A DNA stretch of 52,291 nt, filler included, from Jimgerdemannia flammicorona (lineage: Eukaryota): assembly GCA_003990765.1 (NCBI GenBank). It is 2 parts of 2 records of this genome, joined end to end, with 100 filler letters (N's around TTAATTAATTAA, not from the genome) between each part and the next. Parts side by side here need not be neighbours in the genome. Positions count along the whole stretch, not along the records: positions 1 to 26,099 come from RBNJ01000762.1; 1 more part is not named here. One strand, given 5' to 3'. Below the pieces are notes generated by a model. The model saw nothing but the letters and a program-made list of their open reading frames with translations, was not told the origin of the DNA and searched no databases. Position 1 is the first letter of the stretch. Every line of letters starts with the position of its first letter. The position numbers and the translations under genes were made by a program. Below, in pieces: positions 12,670 to 23,200 of the stretch.

Positions 12670-15600
12670 ACAGTACAACTAGAATATTCTCTTTAAACCT
12701 AAATAGGTTATGGGGGGCAGCTAGGAGAAAGTATATATTTGGATGGCTAAAGAGTCTGGATGCAGATCTATTTTTACTGCAGGATGTCCATTATGAGGTG
12801 GATGTGGACTTACAGGATTGGACTAAGGAATGGGGGGGGACTGCAGTGTGGATGGGGAGAGTAGGTATCCTAGTTCGAAAGGGGATGGGGGACATTGGGG
12901 ACATTGGAAATTGGGGGACTTGGTTGGTGTGGGGAGTGTGGAAGAGGCCTGGATGGAGCCCATTGATGGTGGGGTCATGTTACTGCCTGGTAGAGAGAGG
13001 GGAACAGGTGGATTGGATTCAAGGTTTGAAAGAGATCAGTGTCTTGGGTGAGGTTGAGTTTGACTGCCTGAGGGGTGACTTCAACATGGTGTGGGATAAG
13101 GGGTTGGACAGGACAGACAGTGGGAGAGGAATGAGGAGCAGGAGTGGTAGATTGGATGATTGGTTGGAGATGGAGAGGTTGAGGTCTTTGGTTGATTCAG
13201 AGAGACAGTTTTGAGATAATCATCAAATTTATACTTACTGGGTGATGGGGCTGGGCTCAAGAATCAACTGGATATTGATGGTGAAATGCTGGGGAGTGGA
13301 TGTCTGGACAATGCTAGAGGTGGTTTGGTGTCCATGGTCAGATCACTGGGGTCTGTTAGGAGGGGGGAGGTTTGGGGGTAGTGGAGATGGGCCTGGACAT
13401 TAGCATCTGAATTCTTCTTTATTGGAGGATGGGGTCTTATGGGTGGATTGGGAGAAGGAGGTTGTTGGGAAAATTGGGAGGTGGCAGGAACAGGGCCTGA
13501 TGATTGGGGATTACTGGAGGAGGCTGAAAGTGAGTGCTCAGGGGTATTGGAGGGAAGCAGAGAAAGGGAGGTATACTCAGTGGCAGAGGAGGGTGCTGTG
13601 GGCCTCACAGTGATTGGCAGCAATTATGGAGAGATGGGCAGGGGTGCTAGAAGACTGGGAGGCAGCCAACTGGCATATTGTGAGGATTAAGAAGGAAGTT
13701 GAGGAGCTTCAGGAAGTGTAATGAAGAGAGGAAGAGATTAGGCTGAAGGGAATGATGGCCTGGCTGAGATGGCAGGGGCTTGAGGAGAGAGAGAGACCCA
13801 CTAGGTTTTTATTGTGGATGTTGCAAGTGCAGCAAACTAAGCAGCAGTTGGATAGGCTTCTAGATGAGGATGGAGAGATGGTGGTGGGGACTCCAGTGAT
13901 TCTGGAATTACTGAGAACTCATTAGGAGGATTTGTGAAGTAAGGAGGTATGGGGGGAGGATGCTTTGAACATTGAAAGGCAGTTGGAGGATTGGTATCCA
14001 GACCCTGCAATGGGCCTGGAGACTCTGGGAGATCTAGTAAAGGGTGAGGAAATTTGCAAAGTCTTGGCTATGACAAGTAGGGAGACAGCTCTGGGTGAGG
14101 ATAGACTACTCTGGGATTTTTGGAAGAAGATGGTGGGGGTGACAGAAGTATTGGAGGAAATGATGGCAATGTGTGGTGAGGTTCTTTGGTCTGGAACTTA
14201 GATTGGGGGCCAGTGTCTGAGACTGGTCTCCTTGCTCTACAAAGATAAGGGGTGATAGGAAGATTGGAAGAACTGGCAGCCAATCATGCTACTTAACATG
14301 AACTGCAAACTAGTGATAAAGATATTAGTGACAAGGCTGCAGAGAATCACTCAGCAAGTACTGGGTATGGAGTAATGAGGATTTGTCAGTGGCTGGTTGA
14401 TCCAAGATGAGATGGCTTGGGTACATAGTTTGATTGAAGGGACTCGGGCTGCAGGGGTAGATGACAGATTGGTTTTTTTGGATTAGGAGAAGGCATATGA
14501 TAGAGTGAGGAGGATCTGGCTGAAGGGGGTGTTGAAATGGGTTGGTATTCCCCCAGGGTTCCAAAGGTCACTAATTGGTCTCCTGGAAAATAGTCAGGCT
14601 GCATTGGTTGTCAATGGTCACAGGAGTGTAACATTTTCTCTTAGTCGTGGGATACTGCAAGGAGATCCTTTGTCACCCATCTTATATCTCCCCCTGGAGC
14701 CCCTACTAGACAGGATCCAGCATCAAATTGGGGGTTTGGACATTCTAGGGATTAATTGGAAGGTGGAGGCCTTTGCTGATAACATGGTGATTAGACTGGA
14801 CTCATTAGCAGATGTGGGGGAGTTAAGGAGATCTGTTGAATAGTATGAGAGGGGCTCTGGTGCTAAACTCAATTGACATAAATGTGAGACTCTGGTGCTA
14901 GGTGGCAGAATCATTGGTGGTGACATAATTGGGATGGTGGTGCCAGCAGGAGAGCCAGTTCATTACCTGGAGATCTACTTTTTGGTATTTGGGTCCCTTC
15001 TGCCCTGTGCTTGGTGAGATCAATGACTCCTGGAGTGGGGAAATGTGCTTTTGTGATAGGGTGGTCAGCATATATCTTTGGCAGAAAGGGTGATAGTGCT
15101 GAATATGTATTGGATGCTGAAGCTGTGGTATGTGGGGTATCATCTAGACTTCCCAGTTTGGGTGGTCAAGAGACTGTTGAAAATGGCAAGATCATAGATC
15201 TGGGCAGAGCAGCAGAGTCAGATAGATTGGGAGATTCTGACCCTCCCAGTGGAAAGGGGTGGGCTGGAATTAGTGGACTTTCCCAAATGACTTCATTGCT
15301 TGAGAGTATGGTGGCTGAGGAGAGTGAGCAAGCTGAGGGGTCAGAAGTGGGTACTACTTATACAGAGGGTGTGGAAGGCTCAGTACTCCCCTCATGGAGC
15401 TTCTGGTGATCTTTTTGCATTGGTGGCCATAGATGAGAGCAAGAGAATGTAGTATAAGGGCTTTTGGTATAGGGTAGTAGATAGTGCTAGGTGAATTGGA
15501 CTTTGGTGGCAGAGTGATCAGAGAGAGGAGGATTGGAGACTGCAGATGTGGAGATGGGACAGACTACTGCTGGGCAGTGTTTTGGTGGAGGACTTTCAGC

Positions 15601-16300
15601 TTGGCAATGGAATAGAGTGTTTGTGGGGCTTAGGGGGGGACCTTTGGCCTGAAGTCTGGCAGAGGGTTGGGATTGGCAAGGAGTGGGACTGGAATGGTCT
15701 CTGGCTTTGGAGCAAGCAGGTGATGCAGTGGCTACCCTCTAAGTTCTGAGTGGTTTGGTGGTGAGTCCTATGGTGAAATGTGATGTTGAACTATCAGTCT
15801 GGGCATTTGGTGGCCAGTGGCATATTTGAGTGTGAGGAATGTTTAGATGTTGGACAGAAAGGGGGAGTGATACAAACACCTGAACATTGGCTTGGCGAAT
15901 GTGATGTTTTGGGGGTATTTTGGCATTATATTGCAGACTAGTTAGGGCTGCAAGCCCTGGAAGAAGGGGAAGGGGGGAGATGGGGAGAGCTCTGCCATAG
16001 GCTGGTGGGAGGGGTTGGGAATGAGTAGCTGACCCTCAGTTGGGCTTTGGCCATATGGATCAGACTGGTTGGGCATTAGGTACATGTATTTGAGGAGGGC
16101 CAGTGGGTCAGGGTAGGAGATAGGGTGGTACATTGAGAATGGTTATTACTGGATATTTTGAATGGCTGGGGCGAGGGTAGGGGCTGGGTGGGGGGAGTTG
16201 CAGGGGATTGATACAGTGTATCTCTCAGAAAAGTAGTAGAAGGATTCAGGTGGTGGATGACTGGGTTGTTCTCCAGCAGAAGGGAGAAGAGGGTGGAAGA
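12666..16300 (+). pseudogene. LINE-B ORF2: apurinic-type endonuclease plus reverse transcriptase, degenerate (end approximate)
   Basis: RIFSLNLNRL..ADLFLLQDVH..GDFNMV (APE); GILQGDPLSPILY..AFADNMV (RT). Confidence 0.92.
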
Positions 16301-16875
16301 GTGGATCTGAGGGATATCAGTTGAAGAGAGGGAGTGATATTGTATTATTATTATTATAGATAGCCATAATAAAGGGAAGTCTAAGTGACTATAAAAAAAA
16401 AAAAAAAAAAAAAAAAAACTACCTTCTGGCTTAGAAAACTCTCAGAGACTATACTGCCTACCATAGTACACAGAAACAGGCTCAAGAAGTACTATGAACT
16501 TATAGTATAAGAAAAGTAAAATATGATGACTGCCTGTAAGATTCTAATCTGCAAATTATAATAGCATGTCCTGTGATCAGCAGACAATCTGTCTGGACCA
16601 TTCTCTAAAAGATACAGTTCTAATAACTACTTATCTATAAGACTTTCAAAGCTAGAGAAATTCAAACTATTAACTAATTGGTCAAAATAAAAATTAAGCA
16701 CTTGCTTTATATAAAGAGAGCTACTCTTCATCATTATGCCAAAATATATAAAGAAGATGCTAGCTTATAAATATTACTTTTTGACCCCCTGCCAGAGGTT
16801 GTGAGATTAGAAAATTTTTCAGACTAGATCAATAAATAAGAATGTTCAAGAGAAGATCCTTATTTAGGAAGAAGA

Positions 16876-19680
16876 TATAATGGTAATCTCAGAATAGTGA
16901 CATCATCACAAGAGATAGTCTTTCCTTACAAGTTATTAGATCAGAGTATAAGAAGATCATATGATATAACTCACTCAGGCTACAAGATAAGTAATAATGA
17001 AAAACTATAAGTTATGATAACTACAAGATAGATATCTTAAGAAATATAAAGAAGAACCAAGAAACTGCAGCAGTAGTAACTCAAACAAGACTCATAAAAT
17101 TCTGAAATAGTTCAAAAGATTCACTATAAACAAAATGCCTACTGCTCACTAAACTGTAAGGTTCAGAAACCACTAAGACTCAGTCTAAGAAAGAATGTTT
17201 CAAGACATCAGGAGAGCTATGAGGACTCACACCAGAAGGATTCCTAGCCTCAACCTGGGTACTAGTGACTCTTACCAATTTACTCTTTACTATTGTAAAA
17301 TAGAGACAAGGATCACTACTACTACCAAATGTCTCTAAATATAGCTGGAATATAAAATAGAAAATCTTCTCTACTGAGAATTCTCTCAGACAAGCCTCTA
17401 ATAGATATAAGATAATACCTCTATAGATATATATAAATTGAGGATAGCCAAAAAGATCCATCAGGTCTTCAGACATACATTTTTATTTTTATTTTTATTT
17501 TTTTATTTTATAGACTCAGAGTTCTGCAGATTTTTATTAGAAGGGAACCTAGACTATATAGGCCAAAACCCTCCTCTACCATCCATCAAGCACTGCTCTC
17601 TTATTAAACCTAGGCTAGCTATTGTCCAGTAGCTTGACCATACTAGGTGCAGCAGGGCCTTAGTGGCTTATATGTATCTCATTCTGTATACTATATTCTC
17701 CATACTATTAGAGATTACTCAGCCATATATCAATGACTAAAAGCATATGTCTAAAACTCCAATAAATATATAAGACCATACCTGAGCTGAATAGAATAGC
17801 TCCTGCCATACTAAAAAGAATAACAGGTAAAGAAAAAACTCTCATCAAAGTATATTATAGTAGATAGGATCTGGTTCTCTCAGATGAGATGAGTAAAAAA
17901 CTTATATATAAAGTGAGAGAAGACCTCCAATATTCTACTACTCAAGCCTATAGGCCTCAATCACATTGCTGTGTCAACTCTTAGTTCCAGTTCAGTGTAG
18001 CTAAGATATCTGAAATAGATAGTCTCAGGCCCCCTGACTCCCCCTAATGACTGGGGCCCAACTCTATAAATTATCAAAAGAAGCCAAAAGTGACACCTAC
18101 TATCTAACTGCTCCACACCAATCAAAAGACTCCACCAAAGTAGCACTGATGACCACTTCTAGCCTGACACCCTACTAGTTCACTATTATTACTCTTCTTC
18201 TTATCTGTGATGGCCATCTCTCCTTCCATCTCAACATCACTCAAAAAACAGTCACTTATACCAGAACTACACTCACTGAGAAGCTTGCCAGAGCCAAAGG
18301 GCCCCACTATAGGTACCAAGAACCTACAGGTAATCTACACTGAGCACTTGATGCCCAAGGTTGGCCAACTCCCTATGTAACTCATAATATACTGAGATGA
18401 TATCTTATTAGTAATGCTAAAAGGAAGAAGGTACTACACCAAAACAGGTATACTCTAGATATAGCTGAAGGAATCAGAAACTATAAAAAAGTAGAGAAGA
18501 CACTAATCAGATACCAATAAAGAGGCAACTTATCACTATTACCTCTCTCCTACTGTCCTGTAATAAATATAGCAAACTAACCTGAGATAGAAAGAGTATT
18601 AGTTAGAGAAGTAAACTTGGAAGATTATCTATCAAACTATTATAATTGGTAAGATAGTGGAGAAAAGAGTATTCATCAGATATATATCTTAGTCAATCTT
18701 CAACTTGGAGTATACTAGAGTCTCAGATATCAAGGAATTGTTAGCCTGCTATATGGATATACTAGAAGCCATAGTGGCCACAGAAGCCCAATTCACTATC
18801 ACTCTCAAAAGTAATAAGATAAAAGAGTTCTAGAATCCTATTCTTAAGGATAATCTAGATCAATTCCTATAAGAATTAATCTCAGTATTTTAAGGCCCCA
18901 GTATTCAGGTCAAACCTCCTCAAGATCCCACCTTTGTCTCCTACTTTATAGAGAAAAATATCATAGATTAGAGAGCCCCTGATCTCCTTTCTACCTTTAT
19001 TAAACATGATGATATCACTGGCAATAATATCATTCCACTAATTAATATATATGAAATAAATAAAACAGAAATATTTGCTGATCTTATTTCCTTTGAAGGC
19101 ATTCTGTCTCCAACCTCTAGCCTTGATGATAGTGATAAAGATGAAGCTTCTAGGATTTTGAAGATTCTACTCCAATTTATTTATATAACTAGTTGTTTGA
19201 ACACTTGAATATTCTAGTACTCTAACTTTGTACAACTATCAGAAATTATTCCAGCATTCTGATCTTATATAATCAATTGTATGAGTACTTGAATTTGTAC
19301 TTACAATCTGAAGTTTTCTTTATTCAAATATCTTATTTGGTTATTGGATTTTATATTTAGCTTTATATCTTAGTAATTATTGAAATTACATTTTGTATAA
19401 ATATCCTTCTTATTTCCTTTGAAATAAGTCAGTATTAAAATACTCAAGCATTTAAGTACCCAACTACTCAAGAGCACAAAAGTTTCAGTCCTCTACTCAA
19501 TTTCACACAAGGAAATCCAAGAGACAACAGAACAGTTTAAAGATAAGAAGTTTGAGGACTATAAGACCTTGGGAAGATACTCCAATAGAACTTGCTTATA
19601 AGAAACTTATAGTTGGTCTAAGAAATATACCTTGAAGAGAATCTGATGTACTTGGAGAACTCAGTGCCCACTATGTGACA
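16876..19680 (+). repeat. Gypsy-A 3' LTR, interrupted by LINE-D
   Basis: Starts tataatggtaatc (decayed TGTAATGGTGACC) after purine tract aggaagaaga; ends TGACA at 19680. Confidence 0.88.
17481..18675 (-). mobile_element. 5'-truncated minus-strand non-LTR retroelement (LINE-D), degenerate
   Basis: T-rich tail at 17481-17510 with a minus-strand AATAAA nearby; flanked by TSD tcagacatacat (17469-17480) / tcagatatatat (18676-18687); LTR homology resumes after it. Confidence 0.75.
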
Positions 19681-20087
19681 ATGTATATTTGTATTGAAAT
19701 TCTTGCCTATCATATGTTAGTGAACTATATTTAACTTAGGGCAGGGGCAGGTAAACGGGCCTTGTGCAATTTGCGGAGGCTTGTGTTTGGCCTGTGTAAC
19801 TTGATTCCGAATGACGTCCACTTTGACAGCCGAAATCCATCACCACGTGTTTCCACTTAGCACTTTGACAGGACCGCGTGCCTTGCCCAATAAACTCCAG
19901 CAAACCGAAGGTTTTTTTTCCGATGCCAAAGAATTAAACGCCGATGGTTGTAGAGGTGAGATTTTGATGTGTAAATGTAAGAAATATTTTCCCCACGACA
20001 TGCGGAGAGGCCGCAGCTGATGTGACAGCCGGAAATTAAACTGCCGTCTGTATTGATCCTGCTCAAAGAACATATACCGACTCCTCA

Positions 20088-20210
20088 ATGCCTCCGATAA
20101 CAAAAACCCCTAAAAAACCGCGCTGCAATAACTGCAAATTCTGGATTTCTTGCGACAAAAATGATCCCTGTTCAAGATGTCGCCGGCTGCGAAAGGATTG
20201 CTCGTATGCC
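20088..20210 (+). other. Zn(II)2Cys6 (GAL4-type) binuclear cluster-like domain
   Basis: KKPR-CNNC-KFWIS-C-DKNDP-C-SR-C-RRLRKD-C-SY; C2-C3 spacing is 5 rather than the canonical 6. Confidence 0.75.
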
Positions 20211-23200
20211 GGCTACAGCATGCGAAGAACTTTGACAATGGAAGAATTTGTCGCAAATACGGAAAATCCCATCATCTCGCTGCCAACGACCCTCCCCCCA
20301 GTAAGGTCATCACCTACACAAAGTAAGTTTCTACATCGTCTGTGAACACGATCTCAATCGAACCATTAAATGACACGCTACTAATAATATCTCGTAATAC
20401 CTAGACATGTCACAACTAATCACAACGGAAGATGGCGTCGCAAATACGGAAAATCCGATCAACTTGCCACTGACGACCTTCCTCCCAGTAGGGTCATCAC
20501 TAACATCAAGTAAGTCTCTAGGCCTCTGGGAACACGATCTCATTCGAACCATCAAACAACCCCTGCTGACAATGCCTCACAATACCTAGACATGCAACGA
20601 CCAAAGTCAACAGAAAATAGCGTCGCAAAAACTGAAAATCTGATCAACACGCCGCTGAAGACCCTACCCCCAGTAGGATCATCACTAACAACAAGTAAGT
20701 TTCTACAGCCGATGTCATTCGATCCATTAAATGTCCCGCTACTAACAATATCTCTCAATACCTAGGCATGTCACCACCAATTACAACGGAGGATAGCGTC
20801 GCAAATACGGAAAATCCTATCAACTTGCCACTGACAACCCTCCCCCCAGTAAGGTCATCACCAACATCAAGTAGGTTTCCACAGCCTCTGTGAACACGAT
20901 CTCATTCGAACAATTAAATGACACGCTACTAACAATATCTCACAATACCTAGACATGTCTTCTAACTATAATTACGTGACCGTCGACGACAGGGGGACTA
21001 TACCATTCAGTCAACAAATCATGCGTGTATCATTGTTGAAAGGCCCTGACAACTCTACTGAAATCCGAGTCCAAGTATCTGCTGAACACAACGCAGAGCT
21101 CGAATACAGCCATTCCTTCTTCTTTGAAGCTATTGAGGACAGACGCATTGCCATTGAGGTCTTCGACAAAAAACCTAGGTCACACCTACTCGTGAGATAT
21201 GGCATAAAGTAAGTCGAAACATCCAGCCTCATCGAACATTATCGTAAAATCCTACCTTAACTCACATATAATGATAACTCAGATTGTTCAAAGCCCTCTT
21301 CAAGGACGATTCTCCCGCCAAGCGGCTAATTCAGAGAATACCACCGTGCGCAGTCCTGCTCGAGCTCAACGGCGACCAAGCCCTTGATGACATTCCTTGG
21401 GAATATGCATATGTATCGTCCAGCGACATGTACCTAGTTCACGAACGCGCGTTCACCCGCATGTTCATGCCCACGAGAAAGGAGGAAGAGCTTCAGTTGC
21501 AGAAACGTATGCTACGCGTTGTTGTTGTTGCACCGGACCCCGTCAATGCAAACCTTCCAGATTTGCATTTGAGCGAGCAGTTCCAGAGCTTCATTAACGA
21601 ATATTCTAAAAATATTAAAAAAGTATTAATGGAGTACGTGTTTCCGCCCACCGTCCATCGGATGGACGAGTTGCTCATGAAGGAGCCCGACACAGCCACA
21701 GTGCTTCATTTCATGGGACACTGCGAGTTGTTGAAGGGCAATGCGAGGGGCCTCATCTTCGAAACAGAGACGGGGGAATGCGAATATGTTGACAAGCTTC
21801 TCTTCACCGGTGTGCCCAAAAACCTGCGACTCGCATTTTTGTCGGCTTGCAATACCCGCGACGTCGCCCGTGCCCTGCTCCAGTACGGCGTTCCGTACAC
21901 CATTGGTTCATATTGCGCCATACCGGACGACCTTGTCCGCAAGTTCGAATCCACGTTCTACCAATGTCTTACCAGTGGCTACACCGTCGAGAAGGCGATG
22001 TGGAAGGCGCGTCTATTTCTCCAACAAAAAGACCTCCGGGAATGCCACTATTTCCCTGGTGCCATGGTACTCTACTCGTCCGCGCTTCGGGAAGATGACG
22101 GCGCGTTCAAGTGCGAGGAGGGCATACCCGTGATCGATACCCACATGCCTCGCAATAACCTCGAGGTATTCACCGACACACGCAATTTCTGTGGACGCAA
22201 GAAAGATCTGATTAAGATTGCCGGCATTTTACGGCGTATGGTGAAACAAGGGGAAAAAACTTATCCCATATATACCATTGAAGGCATCACTGGTCAGGGC
22301 AAAACTAGGTTGGCCGAGAAGGCGGTCAGGCGGACGGCGCATCTCTTTCCCGGTGGGATATTCGCTTGGCAATTCGATCGCATGGGGGTGTCGGTTGCTA
22401 AATATCTCTCAAATCTGGTTGAGGTCATATTTCCGGATGATGTTCAGTCGCGCTTGAAGATTCGGAGTGCTGGGGGCAACGATGTTGAGCGCTTGGAGAA
22501 AGCCGTCATTAAGGAATTTGTGGATTATCCTACTTGTTTGTTAATCCTCGATCATGCCGAGAACCTGGAACACGCCAAAGCTGGTGATAAGGATGCTGTG
22601 GCGTTGGGAAAATGGCTTCGGAAAATTACATCAACATCGAATGGCGCTGTCAAAATTCTTGCAACGTCGAGTGAGCCTCTGCGGTGGACAGGTGAGGACA
22701 GGATGCATCTCGATGGTTTGGATATTGACAGTGGCGTTGAGTTGTTCATTCGAAATCTCGACGCTGAAGTAAAGCAGACGTTGGAGAATGAGAAAAATAC
22801 TACGCAGTTGCTGCAGGACCTCGTCAGGCTCGTAGACGGACATCCACTGTGCCTGAAATCCCTAGCTCATATAGTCGGCTTACCACAACATCGCAATGTT
22901 TCGCTTGAGCAATTGGTTCAAGAACACTGCAGTATATTGCTGGCGAATGGCTTGCATGAAAGTACAAACCTCGGCACTCTTTTAGGACCATCGATCAACA
23001 TGCTTACACCACTGGAACGCGAGTTACTGTACATTTGTTCTCTCTTCACCGGATCAATCACAGAAGGAGTGCTCGAATTCGTTCGCTATTTTGTTGAGTG
23101 CGTCAATGGGCCCAAAAGTGGGATCAATTCCAGTGAGACAATCGCGACCAATCTTCAACAACTATACCGTCGCGGATTATTGTCTAAACAAGATGAAGAA

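Larger units (their letters stand above)
10632..16416 (+). mobile_element. Full-length L1/Tx1-type LINE (LINE-B, ~5.8 kb) inserted in the Gypsy-A integrase end
   Basis: TSD aactaccttctgg at 10619-10631 and 16417-16429; ORF1 then APE-RT ORF2; ends AATAAA..AGTCTAAGTGACTAT + poly(A). Confidence 0.95.
4482..19680 (+). mobile_element. Ty3/Gypsy LTR retrotransposon copy A (gag-PR-dUTPase-RT-RH-IN plus ORF3), heavily mutated, interrupted by LINE-B, LINE-D and an 81-bp insert
   Basis: Colinear with copies B and C; dUTPase remnant 7659-7979 (RSSLAKSKISVEGRVVDSDYTGEI..KYDRIGQM); RH-region LTQAPILRRPDWNLEFILQID; LTR ends ..ctatgtaaca (5311) and ..ctatgtgaca (19680). Confidence 0.93.

Noticed and set aside
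19811..20103. Short ORFs upstream of the host gene on both strands
   Set aside because: No recognisable motifs or splice support; more likely promoter/5' UTR
20235..20957. Regularly spaced repeats as a CRISPR array or amyloid signalling motif
   Set aside because: Whole ~185-bp units repeat with no unique spacers and carry splice signals; the peptide is Pro/Ser/Thr-rich, unlike HET-s/RHIM-type motifs; the context is eukaryotic
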